Shown: in pieces, positions 1 through 9,019 of the stretch
Numbering within the stretch: the stretch's first letter is position 1
Layout of the letters: every line of letters begins with the position of its first letter
DNA from: a bacterium
GTDB taxonomy: Bacteria; J088; JAWLBW01
DNA length: 21,050 nucleotides
NCBI GenBank assembly: GCA_041690355.1
Contig: JAWLHK010000020.1
Location: forward strand, 62,001 to 83,050
Reading direction: 5' to 3'
Made by a program: the position numbers and the translations under genes
Notes under the pieces: model-generated
Databases searched by the model: none
Told to the model about the DNA's origin: nothing
The model's input: the letters and a program-made list of their open reading frames with translations, nothing else

Positions 1-1
1 G

Positions 2-40
2 GTGAAGGGAATTCAGCGGATTCGGAAGGGAGGGGCCTGA
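2..40 (+). CDS. 3' end of an upstream gene (partial), probably translationally coupled to the VKOR-like gene
   Basis: The frame from base 2 reads VKGIQRIRKGGA-stop. Its TGA (38-40) overlaps the ATG at 40 (TGATG). Confidence 0.45.
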   Translation: MKGIQRIRKGGA

Positions 41-624
41 TGCGCCCGGCCCGGCTCAGCGAAGAATTGCGGTTCAGCCACGAGCCCGTCCTGCGGCGCC
101 GACGCGGCATCGCCCTGCTGACGCTGCTGTCGATGGGGGGCATGGCGGCGGTCAGCCTCTTTCAGCTCGGCATTCTGCGCGATCTCCCCGATGTGCGGGG
201 CGACATCTTCGATGCCGAGAGCGTCGACGCCGCGCCGGAGGCATACGGCCGCCTGTCCATGCCCGACGGCGTGATCGGACTGGGGAGCTACGCGGTCACC
301 CTGGCGCTGGCCGCGGCCGATGGAGAACGCAGGGTCGCACGCCGGCCATGGCTTCCGATTCTCCTGGGCGCGAAAACGGCTCTCGATGCCGTCGAGGCTG
401 TGCGCCTCACGGTCGCCCAGTGGCGGGATCACCGGGCCTTCAGCCTGTACGGGCTGCTGGCGACGGGGGCGACGCTGACGGCGCTGCCGCTGGCGATTCC
501 CGAAGCATGGGAAGGGCTGAAGCGGCTGACGCACCCGGGGCAGCGCAACGTGCTCCTGCGCAGCCGCGACTTCGATTTCAATCTGCCGCTCGCAGAGTCC
601 GTCGGCTCGCATCAGGGGATGTAG
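40..624 (+). CDS. Vitamin K epoxide reductase (VKOR)-like membrane protein lacking CxxC
   Basis: GGAGG SD upstream and several hydrophobic segments. Motifs LSxELR, LRRRR, LFQLGILRDLPD, FDAxxVDA and PDG resemble a bacterial VKOR subfamily (recognised from memory). The expected CxxC position reads SLYG. Confidence 0.7.
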   Translation: MRPARLSEELRFSHEPVLRRRRGIALLTLLSMGGMAAVSLFQLGILRDLPDVRGDIFDAESVDAAPEAYGRLSMPDGVIGLGSYAVTLALAAADGERRVARRPWLPILLGAKTALDAVEAVRLTVAQWRDHRAFSLYGLLATGATLTALPLAIPEAWEGLKRLTHPGQRNVLLRSRDFDFNLPLAESVGSHQGM

Positions 625-731
625 GCAGGAGCGCACGACATCGTGCGTCCCGGGCCGGCGTTCGCGAAGAGTGTGAGCACGGCAGCGAGGGCTGCGGCTG
701 TCTCGCCGCGCGAAGCGGTTACAATGTCGGG

Positions 732-1727
732 ATGCGCGAAGCGACAACGGCACCGCTGATCTGGGCCCGCCTGCGGAATGGAGCGCTCGACTCGGGCGTG
801 CAGGCGGCCTCCGGCCATTCCCCGGCCGCCACTGTGTACGGAACGGAGGATCGGTTTCTCGTCTACAGCTACACGAAGACGATTCTCGCCTGCGCCGCGC
901 TTCGCCTGGCGGGCCGCGGAAGCCTGGGCCTCGAGGATCCGCTTTCACGCTGGATTCCCGATGCGCCGCATGCCGAGCGCATCCGCATCCGGCACATTCT
1001 GGCGCACACGAGCGGACTTCCCGACTACGGCGGGCTGGCCGAATATCACGCGGCCGTGCGCTCCGGTGAGGTTCCGTGGACGCGCGAGGAGTACTTCACG
1101 CGCACCCAGGCCGACCGGCTCCTTTTTCCTCCCGGCGCAGGCTGGGCCTACTCGAACCTCGGCTACCGGCTCGTGCGGGAGGTCGTCGACGCGGCGAGCG
1201 GCAAGGGTATCGACGACTTTCTTCGGGAAGAATTCTTCGCGCCGCTCGGCCTCGCGGCCACGGCCTGGGTGAACGACGACGACGGCCTGGCCGGCCTGGC
1301 CTTCGGGCCCAGCGCCTATCTGGGCGGCGACGCGGCCCCCCGCCAAGTGGCGGGCCATTACGCCGTTGGCTGGGTGGCGCACGGCGTCGTCGCTTCGACG
1401 GTCAGCGAGGCGGCCCGGTTTCACGCCGCGCTGCTTTCCGGCCAACTCCTCGCGCCCGACCTGCTGCACGAAATGATGGCGCTGCGGGTCGTCGCCGAGC
1501 CGATGGCGGGCCGCCCCTTCGGCAAGCCGGGCTACGGCCTCGGGCTCATGGGTGACGCGGTCGAGCCCCCCGGACCGTTCGGCCACACCGGCGGGGGACC
1601 GGGGGCGAGTGTGGCTGTCTACGGCCGGCCGGGGCCCCAGCCCCTCGTGGCCGCGGTGTTCACCCCGGGTGAGCTGACGGGGCCGGCCGAGAATCTGGCT
1701 TTCGAGCTGGTCGCGACGGCTTCCTGA
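732..1727 (+). CDS. Serine hydrolase, beta-lactamase/D-Ala-D-Ala carboxypeptidase family (331 aa)
   Basis: SxxK (SYTK), LAHTSGL, YSN and HTG motifs. Start moved from 348 to ATG 732 because the upstream part overlaps the VKOR gene and TACAAT lies 6 nt before 732. Confidence 0.88.
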   Translation: MREATTAPLIWARLRNGALDSGVQAASGHSPAATVYGTEDRFLVYSYTKTILACAALRLAGRGSLGLEDPLSRWIPDAPHAERIRIRHILAHTSGLPDYGGLAEYHAAVRSGEVPWTREEYFTRTQADRLLFPPGAGWAYSNLGYRLVREVVDAASGKGIDDFLREEFFAPLGLAATAWVNDDDGLAGLAFGPSAYLGGDAAPRQVAGHYAVGWVAHGVVASTVSEAARFHAALLSGQLLAPDLLHEMMALRVVAEPMAGRPFGKPGYGLGLMGDAVEPPGPFGHTGGGPGASVAVYGRPGPQPLVAAVFTPGELTGPAENLAFELVATAS

Positions 1728-1770
1728 CGCGAAACTGGCCCGCTGCCCGGCCCGAAGGTACCATGCCTGC

Positions 1771-2439
1771 ATGGGTGATCAAGCGGTTCCCCCGCGAAAA
1801 CAGGCTGCACGCGTTCAGCGTTTCCGCCGCCGGCTTCCTCTTTTCCGCGACGCCGCCGAACGCGTGCGTCCGGGCGATGGGGATGCCGTTGCGGCGGATA
1901 CCGCGGCCCGCCTCGTGCCGCTGCTCGCCCGCGTACCGGCCGAACCGGGGAACCCGCTCGAAGAGAACCTGGTCATCGCGGCCTGGTTTCTGGCCTTTTT
2001 CCAGGCACTGCGTGCGCGCGGGGCCGACGACGCCGAGCTCTCGCTCGCCGGCGAGAGCGCTGCCGAGCAGCTGGTGGCGCAGAAGCCGGTCTGGGTACGC
2101 CGCGTCGAAGCCTGGGTCGTTCGGCAAGGGTGGATGCAGCGGGTCTTGACCCGCGTGGGGCGGCGCAGCCTCATGCGCCCTTCGCCGCTCGGGTTCGCGC
2201 TCGAATTCGTTTCCGGCGACGGACGGAGCGCTCCCTTCGGCTACGACGTGCACACCTGCGGCATCTGCCGCCTGTTTGCGGCCGAGGGGGCGCCGGAGCT
2301 GGTTCCGCTCATGTGCCGCATCGACTACGTCACGAGCCGTCTCGCCGGCCTCGAGCTGACGCGCACGGGTACGATCGGAAACGGCGCCGCGAAGTGCGAT
2401 TTCCGGTTCTCGCTGGCCGCCCGCGACATGAACCGTTAG
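1771..2439 (+). CDS. L-2-amino-thiazoline-4-carboxylic acid hydrolase-like protein
   Basis: C-terminal CGIC...LMCRIDY...LTRTGTIGNGAAKCDFRF pattern typical of the family. TACCAT lies 6 nt before the ATG. The stop overlaps the stop of the convergent gene. Confidence 0.75.
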   Translation: MGDQAVPPRKQAARVQRFRRRLPLFRDAAERVRPGDGDAVAADTAARLVPLLARVPAEPGNPLEENLVIAAWFLAFFQALRARGADDAELSLAGESAAEQLVAQKPVWVRRVEAWVVRQGWMQRVLTRVGRRSLMRPSPLGFALEFVSGDGRSAPFGYDVHTCGICRLFAAEGAPELVPLMCRIDYVTSRLAGLELTRTGTIGNGAAKCDFRFSLAARDMNR

Positions 2440-5400
2440 GGAATCGGTACGATCCCCGGTTCAATCAGCCAGGCTGTCCCGTCGCCCAGGTTTCCGTCAC
2501 CGTTGTCGCCCCAGGACCACAGCGTGCCGGCGCCGCGCAGGCCGTATGTTGCATAGGTTGCGACGTCAATCCCGGTCCAATCGAGCGGACCCCCGGAATC
2601 CACCTGGGTGGGAACCGTCCGTGCGACTTCGTCGCCGAGACCGAGCTTTCCGGAGTAATTGTCACCCCAGCAATAGAGTGCATTGTTGACGCCGTCGCCG
2701 CGAATCCCACACGTGGTCATGTCGCCCGCGGCGATGTCCAGCCAGTCGGCGGCGCTCCCCACCTGCACGGGGGTATAGGCGCAATCGTACAGGTACGTCG
2801 TGCCGCACTGGTGCGGCGACGAGCCGGTGCCGAGCGGCCGGGTGCTGCCATGGTTGAACCCCCAGCACCAGAGGGTGCCGTCGGTGCGAATCGCGCAATT
2901 GTGGTAGTCGCCGCTCGCAATCTTGACGAACGAGGTGCCCGCCGTGACTTCGCGCGGCGACGTTGCGCACCCGATGCCGTTGCAGTCGTCGGGGCCGGTC
3001 GAGGGTCCGAGCCCCAATTGCCCGTACCGGTTTTCGCCCCAGCACCAGAGCGATCCGTCGACCTTGAGGGCGCAGACGTGCGCGTATCCGATCGACGCGG
3101 CCATCCAGTCGGCGGTCGAGCTGACGGCTGACGGGGCGCGGATCTGGAACTCGGTCGAGCTGCTGACGGCATGATACCGATTGTATCCCCAGCAGTAGAG
3201 GCGTTGGTCGCCGGCGACGCCGCAGGAGACGTCTTCGCCGGTTGCGAGCGCGCCCGGCGCCGTGCTCCAGGTCTGCAGGGTGCTTTCCCGGATCCATGAG
3301 AGCGTCCAGGTACCGGAAGCGTCGTTCCCCAGTTGCCCGCTCCCATTGCCTCCGGCGCACCACAGCGAACCGTCGCCGCGCACGGCGCAGCCATGTGACC
3401 TGCCCACCTCAAAAAGCGACCAGCCGGTGTCTGTCGTAATCGCAACGGGATAGGACGCGCTGAATTCAAGCCCCAGGCCGTATTGACCATCGTTATACCC
3501 CCAGCACGCCGGGGTGCCGTCGGTCTGAAGGCCGCACGCCGAATAGTTGCCCCCGCTGACCGACGTCCAGGTGGCACTGCCGACCTGTGCCGGCACCAAT
3601 CGTTCCTGCACGCCCGGGGTTCCCGTCTGCGACGACCAGTTATTGCCCCAGCAGAGGCGCTGCCCGTTACGCCGGACGCCACACGTCAGACTCCCCTCCA
3701 TGTCGACTGACGCCCAGTCGGTGTCATTCCCCACGCGGGTTGGGATGTGCCCTGGTTGCTGGAACCCGACCCCAAGCTCGCCGTAGTAGTTCCCGCCCCA
3801 GCACCACAGGGAACCGTCGGTTTTGATGGCGCAGGACCCGTTGGAGGCAGCGCCCGATCGCCAGTCGGTATCGGTACCGACCTGTGTCGGAGTGTCCATC
3901 CGCGCGAGTTGGCCGTTCGAGCCGTCATTGGAGGCCCCCCAGCACCAGAGCGTTCCGTCGGTCTTGGTGGCGCAGGCATGAATGCTGCCCGCGAATATCG
4001 ACGCCCAGTCGCTGTCGGCGCCGACCTGCGCAGGCGTGGCGGCCGAGCTCGTGGCCATCCCCAGCCCCAGCTGGCCGTAGTTGTTGAGCCCCCAGCACCA
4101 CAGCGTTCCCGGCGCGCGAATGCCGCAGCTGAAGGCCGAACCGGCCGCGACCGTGATCCAGTCGGCACCGCCGACGGAGACGGGGGTCAGATATTGAGTC
4201 GAGGTCGGCACGCCTGCCTGGGACTGTTGGTTCGCTCCCCAGCACAACAGCGATCCGTCGGTGCCCACGGCGCAGGCATGGGCGTCGCCGACGGCAATGT
4301 CGACCATGCTCCCCCCAACGAAGGACGGCGCGAAAGTGCTGCCGCTCGTGATGCCGAGCCCCGTGCGGCCCGAGAGGTTCGACCCCCAGCACCAGAGTTC
4401 GAAGAGGCTCGTGAGCGCGCACATGAAGGTGCCGCTGCCGTCGATGACCGCGACGGGGTTCAACAGGGTCGTCACGGGGACACTCGACTGCGAATACGAA
4501 CCGGTACCGATGTAGCCGTTGCCCCAGCAGTACAGCTCATCGGTGCCGGTGGTCGTCGCGCAAGCGTAGCCGGAACCGCTTGCCGCCGCGCGCCGGCCCG
4601 TCACATAGACGGTTTGCTCGACCCAGGGGGAATAAAGCTCGCCGTCGAAGGCGCGCACCGCGAAGGTGGCATGCCCGGCAAATCCGGCTTCAGGGTCGAA
4701 GCTGAAACTTCCCGTGGCAGAGTCGTTGAGAAGGACCGAAACGCCGGCGCCGTCGACCAGCTGGAGGGTAAGGGTCGATCGGGCGGTATCGGGGTCGGCC
4801 ACGGCGAGGGTACCCGACCGGCCCACGGATTCGAGGGTCCGGAACGTCAGGGAGCTGACCGCCGGGGGATCGTTGACCGGCGTGACCGTGATCGAAACGG
4901 TAGCCGGGGCCGCATCGATCTGACCGTCGGATACCCGGAACGTGAACGAGTCAGCGCCGGAAAAATCCGCATCCGGCGTGTACGTGAACGAGCCGTCGGG
5001 TTGCAGACCGAGCGTCCCGTGGGCCGGGCCCGAAGCGATGGTATAGGTCAGCGACCCGCTGTCGACGTCGGTGCCCGTGACCGTTCCCGCATACGGGGTA
5101 TCCTCAGCCGTCGTCACCCAGTCGGGCCAGGCAACGGGGGCGTCATTGACGGCGGTGACCGCGAGGGCGATGAAAACTGTCGCCGACCAGGCCGTGCCGT
5201 CGCTGACGCACAGGCCGAAGCCGTCGGCACCCGATACGTCCCGGGCGGGGGTATACGTAAAGGTGCCCAACAGCGCGTCGAAGGTGACGAGGCCCAGGGT
5301 GGGAGCGGTGACCAACTCATACGTCAGGCCATCGAAGTCTGCGTCGGTGACGGGCGCAGGCGCCATCAACGGCTCGTCTTCGAAAAGGGCGGTCGAAACC

Positions 5401-6101
5401 GGCCAGGCTTTTGGCATCGAATTACCGATGACCACTGGCGAACTCTGCACCGCCGCGCCCGCGTCGGTGCCGTCGAAGGGGGTGACGACGGCAAAGACCA
5501 CATCGTTCTTCGAGAAAAACGTTCCCGGAAGCGCGGAGTCCGCAGCAAGAGTACCGAGCGGGGTGCCGTTGACCGTCCACGAATAGCGATACCCGGGCGC
5601 GTCGCCGTCGACATCGAGCCAGCCCAGTGCGTCGACCGGAATGAGTGAATCCGTAACGTATTCGCCTGCGGGGATGACGGCCCCCGTGATGGTCGGCGGG
5701 TCATTCACCGGGAGAATGGTGAGCGAAACCGTAGCTGTGCGGCTTACGGTGTCTTCGAGCGTCGCCGAGAGGGTAAAACGGTCGGTGCCGTGATAGTCGG
5801 CGTCGGGCGTGTACGTCCAGGCCAGCCCGTCGCCCGTCAGCGTGCCGTGCCCGGGAGAGGTTACGACGGTAATCGCGGGGATCGACTCGCTGCCGGTTAC
5901 GGCGGGGTCGACGACGATGTCGAGGCTTGCGTCTTCGTCGACCGAGAGTTCGACATCGTTCAACGTGATGGTCACCGCGGGAGGCGGATCGTTCTCGTCA
6001 TCCGGGTCCAAAGTACGCGAGCGCGGATCCGGTTCGGATGCACAGGCGCTCAGGGCGGCAAATAAGGCTGCCCAGGCGAAAACGCGGAAATGGTTGTGCA
6101 T
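2436..6101 (-). CDS. Large surface lipoprotein: ~5 Ig/cadherin-like domains followed by 14 RCC1-like repeats (1221 aa)
   Basis: GGAGG SD before ATG 6101; signal peptide with lipobox LSAC. Repeats of the ED...TYTPxxDxxGxDxF...PVNDxP type, followed by 14 LxCWGxN-type repeats. Confidence 0.88.
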   Translation of the reverse strand: MHNHFRVFAWAALFAALSACASEPDPRSRTLDPDDENDPPPAVTITLNDVELSVDEDASLDIVVDPAVTGSESIPAITVVTSPGHGTLTGDGLAWTYTPDADYHGTDRFTLSATLEDTVSRTATVSLTILPVNDPPTITGAVIPAGEYVTDSLIPVDALGWLDVDGDAPGYRYSWTVNGTPLGTLAADSALPGTFFSKNDVVFAVVTPFDGTDAGAAVQSSPVVIGNSMPKAWPVSTALFEDEPLMAPAPVTDADFDGLTYELVTAPTLGLVTFDALLGTFTYTPARDVSGADGFGLCVSDGTAWSATVFIALAVTAVNDAPVAWPDWVTTAEDTPYAGTVTGTDVDSGSLTYTIASGPAHGTLGLQPDGSFTYTPDADFSGADSFTFRVSDGQIDAAPATVSITVTPVNDPPAVSSLTFRTLESVGRSGTLAVADPDTARSTLTLQLVDGAGVSVLLNDSATGSFSFDPEAGFAGHATFAVRAFDGELYSPWVEQTVYVTGRRAAASGSGYACATTTGTDELYCWGNGYIGTGSYSQSSVPVTTLLNPVAVIDGSGTFMCALTSLFELWCWGSNLSGRTGLGITSGSTFAPSFVGGSMVDIAVGDAHACAVGTDGSLLCWGANQQSQAGVPTSTQYLTPVSVGGADWITVAAGSAFSCGIRAPGTLWCWGLNNYGQLGLGMATSSAATPAQVGADSDWASIFAGSIHACATKTDGTLWCWGASNDGSNGQLARMDTPTQVGTDTDWRSGAASNGSCAIKTDGSLWCWGGNYYGELGVGFQQPGHIPTRVGNDTDWASVDMEGSLTCGVRRNGQRLCWGNNWSSQTGTPGVQERLVPAQVGSATWTSVSGGNYSACGLQTDGTPACWGYNDGQYGLGLEFSASYPVAITTDTGWSLFEVGRSHGCAVRGDGSLWCAGGNGSGQLGNDASGTWTLSWIRESTLQTWSTAPGALATGEDVSCGVAGDQRLYCWGYNRYHAVSSSTEFQIRAPSAVSSTADWMAASIGYAHVCALKVDGSLWCWGENRYGQLGLGPSTGPDDCNGIGCATSPREVTAGTSFVKIASGDYHNCAIRTDGTLWCWGFNHGSTRPLGTGSSPHQCGTTYLYDCAYTPVQVGSAADWLDIAAGDMTTCGIRGDGVNNALYCWGDNYSGKLGLGDEVARTVPTQVDSGGPLDWTGIDVATYATYGLRGAGTLWSWGDNGDGNLGDGTAWLIEPGIVPIP

Positions 6102-6186
6102 GGCCCCTCCCATCGGGTTTGCAGTGTCCCGACACCTTATCACTGCAGGCTATGGAGCGCAACGCTGGGCGGGCCCTGGCGGCTCC

Positions 6187-6277
6187 TCAGCCGGATGAAA
6201 TCATCTCCCTCGGCCGGCAGACCGTGTTCCAGTTGCGCAGCGTACCGGGCGCTCCGGCAAGCCGATCGAGAAGGGCG
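6187..6277 (-). repeat. Decayed copy of the 3' end of the DUF1697 gene (direct repeat of 7629-7719)
   Basis: Ungapped manual alignment gives 82/91 identity and includes the stop codon. Looser similarity continues about 20 bp leftward in both copies. Confidence 0.93.
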
Positions 6278-6281
6278 CGTA

Positions 6282-6345
6282 CTACGGCCGGCCGGGTACC
6301 CGCCATTTTCGTGGCCGTGTTCACCCCGGGCGAGCGGGCCGACCG
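6282..6345 (+). repeat. Decayed copy of a near-3' segment of the serine hydrolase gene (about 1619-1689)
   Basis: Shared blocks ctacggccggccggg, tcgtggccg and tgttcaccccggg(c/t)gagc in the same order, with small indels. Confidence 0.85.
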
Positions 6346-6358
6346 CGGCAGGCCGGCG

Positions 6359-6393
6359 AAAAAAAAAAGCGCCGGGAAATCCCGGCGCTTTTT
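6359..6393 (-). terminator. Rho-independent terminator, probably bidirectional
   Basis: AAAAAGCGCCGGGA-AA-TCCCGGCGCTTTTT hairpin with a 10-nt T run on the minus strand, about 30 bp after the stop at 6422. Confidence 0.88.
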
Positions 6394-6421
6394 CGCGATC
6401 CCGCTCCGTGCGCGAAGCCGC

Positions 6422-7486
6422 TCAGTAGTACCAGAGGAAGTTCTCGATCGTGACGTTGATGCCGGCCTTGATGGTTTCGCCGTTGAGACCCGGGTACTGA
6501 ACGTGCCCCTGGACGACGACGGTGCCCGTAGCTTCGGTGCAATCGTCGTCGGCGCCGAAGCAGTTGGCGCCGGCAGAAGACGACTCGGTCCACGAAACGA
6601 CGTTCAGCCCGCTCACGGAATCATGCGTATACGTGTTGCCGTCGCACACCACCGTGAATTTGCCCGCGGGGAGCGGCTGGGGGAAGGTGGCCGATGCGTC
6701 GAAGAGCAGCTGGCCCGATTCCACGAGCATCGTCGTTCCCGTTCCGCCCGAGAACGAGAAGCCGAAGCCCCCGGCGACGATGAACGTGCTCCCCTCCGCC
6801 GAAAAACCATCCTGCCGGCCGACGCACAGAACGTCTTCGTCGTGCGTGACCTTGTATGCAAAAGCACCGGGATCGACGGCGCCGCCCTTGTAGTCGACAC
6901 GCCAAGCCGCGGCGAAGGCGGCGTCCAGGTCCTTGGTTTCACCGGCGACGGTCTGCGTTCCCTGATCGACGCTGCTTCCGTCGATCGCCGATATCCCGTC
7001 CGACGAGAAGCGGCCGAGCGCAAACTCGTTCAGGGGATATGCGGTGTCCTTCGCGTACGGAAGCGTGATGGAGATGTCCGTCTGCAGATCAATCGCCTGC
7101 AGCGAGGGGAGGCCCACAATGGCGATCGTCGCGAACGGGCCGGCAGCCTTGACCGCGTCGGTGGCAGTAGCCCCGGGCTCACCGGCGGTCTGAATCGTGG
7201 CGGCTGCACGTTCAATGTCGGCGGGCAATGCGCCTGTCGGTATGATGACACGGGCCCCGAACAGCGGGCTTTCGGCATCCGTAACTGCGAGCTCGTATTC
7301 CTGGCCCGGTGCCAGCAGGACGGCGGCGCCGCCGTTATCTTCGGCCGTTTGCCGGAGCGCGTCGAACGCCGATTCGATCAGGGTGTTTTCGAGGTCGTTG
7401 CCGAGGTTTTCAAGTTCGGCATCGACGTCGCAGGCGGTCAGGCTCGTGATGATCGCGGTCGCCGTCAGAAAGCGAAGTGTTCGCAT
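6422..7486 (-). CDS. Hypothetical lipoprotein with a possible ZU5-like domain (354 aa)
   Basis: GAGGG SD before ATG 7486; lipobox LTAC; GARVIIPTGAL and ISITLPY resemble ZU5-like motifs; followed by a terminator. Confidence 0.75.
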   Translation of the reverse strand: MRTLRFLTATAIITSLTACDVDAELENLGNDLENTLIESAFDALRQTAEDNGGAAVLLAPGQEYELAVTDAESPLFGARVIIPTGALPADIERAAATIQTAGEPGATATDAVKAAGPFATIAIVGLPSLQAIDLQTDISITLPYAKDTAYPLNEFALGRFSSDGISAIDGSSVDQGTQTVAGETKDLDAAFAAAWRVDYKGGAVDPGAFAYKVTHDEDVLCVGRQDGFSAEGSTFIVAGGFGFSFSGGTGTTMLVESGQLLFDASATFPQPLPAGKFTVVCDGNTYTHDSVSGLNVVSWTESSSAGANCFGADDDCTEATGTVVVQGHVQYPGLNGETIKAGINVTIENFLWYY

Positions 7487-7628
7487 GGTGTCATCCCTCT
7501 GGTTGCAGAAGCGGTCAGGCAGGACAGGGGCTGCCCTATTGCAGGCCACTATAGCACAACGGGATTATCTGCGCCCGTCGGTGACGGGGCGAGCCGTCGC
7601 GAGAGGCGGGTGCCCCTTGGCGGGTCGT

Positions 7629-8171
7629 TCAGCCGGATCCCATCATCTCCGTCAGCCGGCAGACCGTGTTCCAGTTGCGCAACGTGACGGGCGATCCGGC
7701 AAGCCGATCGAGAAGGGCGGGGGTGAGCTTCGAGCGTCCCGCCCCCTGCGGAAAATGGATCCACAGCGCGCCTTCGCTCCGGCACACCTGCTCGCCGTCC
7801 GTTGCGCGAGCCGCCAGCGCTGACGCCGCGCTTTCGCGAAGGGGCTGCTTCGCGAGGCCGAGCATGACGAAATTGGGCTTTTCTGCCGAAGCCTGCGCAA
7901 AGGGATTGGCGCGCACCATGCCGTTCCACTCCCGCCCGGATCGCACGATCACGGGGATGGAGAGGCCGAAGCGATCGGCGATCGCCTGTTCGAGCTGCGC
8001 CTCGAGTCCGGCCGGGCGGCCTGCCGCCGAGAAGATCAGATTGCCGCTCTGGATGTAATGGCGCGCAGAAGCCCAGCCGAGGCCCACGGCCAGCGCAACC
8101 AGCTCGGCCATGGGAATCCGGTTGCGGCCGCCGACGTTGATGCCGCGCAGGAGCGCGATGTGCGTGGGCAT
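7629..8171 (-). CDS. DUF1697 domain protein
   Basis: Diagnostic ALLRGINVGGRN, YIQSGN and TLRNWNTV motifs; GGAG SD. Confidence 0.92.
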   Translation of the reverse strand: MPTHIALLRGINVGGRNRIPMAELVALAVGLGWASARHYIQSGNLIFSAAGRPAGLEAQLEQAIADRFGLSIPVIVRSGREWNGMVRANPFAQASAEKPNFVMLGLAKQPLRESAASALAARATDGEQVCRSEGALWIHFPQGAGRSKLTPALLDRLAGSPVTLRNWNTVCRLTEMMGSG

Positions 8172-8189
8172 GCGGGGTTCTCCGAGGGG

Positions 8190-8984
8190 CTAGCGAAGCC
8201 CCAGCTCTTCATCGGTCGCGCTGTGACCGTACTTGTCTGTCGGCGGCCAGGGGCGGTCGCGCCAGTGGGGCTCGAAGACGAACGACGAGCGGGTCCGTCC
8301 CGGAAGCAGGGCCCCGTTGCCGGCCCCCTTGGCGTAATCGTAGTAGTACTTCACGATCTCTTCCTTCGTCACCTGCTGTGCGGCCGGATGGGCAAGGCAC
8401 GCCTCACGCCAGCGCCGGACGCGGGCGAACTCCGGGGTGAGGGGAAGGTCGAAATCCTCGTAGTATTCGAGGAACCAGAAGCGCATGAAGAACGGTGTGT
8501 ACACCGCCTCGGCCCAGCCGAATTCCTCGAAGAGGAAGGTTCCGTCGGGCGCATGCTCTTCGAGAAAGGCGTTCAGCTTCGCGTACTGCCTCAGCATCCC
8601 CTCGCGCAGCGCGTCTCTGCGGGCACGATCCTGGTTCATCACGAAGACGTAGCCCTGCGTGACGAAGTCGCCCTCGAGCCGGGTCATCATGTTCTCGACC
8701 GCGCGCCGGTAGGGATCCTGCTGGGCCACGGGCGGATCGGAAAAGAGATCCTCCAGGTACTGCATGAGCACGAGGCTCTCCTTGAGAATGCGCCCGTCAG
8801 CGGTTTCGAGGACGGGAAGGGCGGTGGTGCCGCGCGTCTTCGCGAGCAGGGCGGGGTCGCGCGGCTGCGTGATGTCGACGACGCGGAACTCGACGTCGGC
8901 GGAGCGTCCCTTGAGGGCCAGCAGGACCTCGAGCCGCTGGCAGAAGGGGCAGACCGGGATGTGGTAGACGACGGGTCTGGGCAT
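8190..8984 (-). CDS. Glutathione S-transferase family protein with CPFC active site (264 aa)
   Basis: N-terminal CPFCQR, LPVL and ES motifs of the GST thioredoxin-like domain. ATG 8984 avoids overlap with the upstream gene. Confidence 0.88.
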   Translation of the reverse strand: MPRPVVYHIPVCPFCQRLEVLLALKGRSADVEFRVVDITQPRDPALLAKTRGTTALPVLETADGRILKESLVLMQYLEDLFSDPPVAQQDPYRRAVENMMTRLEGDFVTQGYVFVMNQDRARRDALREGMLRQYAKLNAFLEEHAPDGTFLFEEFGWAEAVYTPFFMRFWFLEYYEDFDLPLTPEFARVRRWREACLAHPAAQQVTKEEIVKYYYDYAKGAGNGALLPGRTRSSFVFEPHWRDRPWPPTDKYGHSATDEELGLR

Positions 8985-8990
8985 CTCCAG

Positions 8991-9019
8991 ATGGTGAAGG
9001 CCGGGGCGGCGTCTGTCAA
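8991..9019 (-). promoter_or_regulatory. Sigma70-type promoter giving a probable leaderless GST transcript
   Basis: TTGACA (9019-9014), 17 nt, CACCAT (8996-8991), 6 nt, ATG. Confidence 0.6.

Noticed and set aside
348-731. 128-aa N-terminal extension of the serine hydrolase
   Set aside because: Overlaps the VKOR-like gene, is low complexity, and a -10 box supports ATG 732.
2436-4560. Periodic ccccagca repeats as a CRISPR array or DGR repeats
   Set aside because: They are the CWG codons of RCC1 repeats; no cas or reverse transcriptase gene is present.
3747-7687. Long plus-strand ORFs 3747-5648 and 6038-7687
   Set aside because: Antisense shadows of well-supported minus-strand genes in GC-rich DNA, with no motifs.
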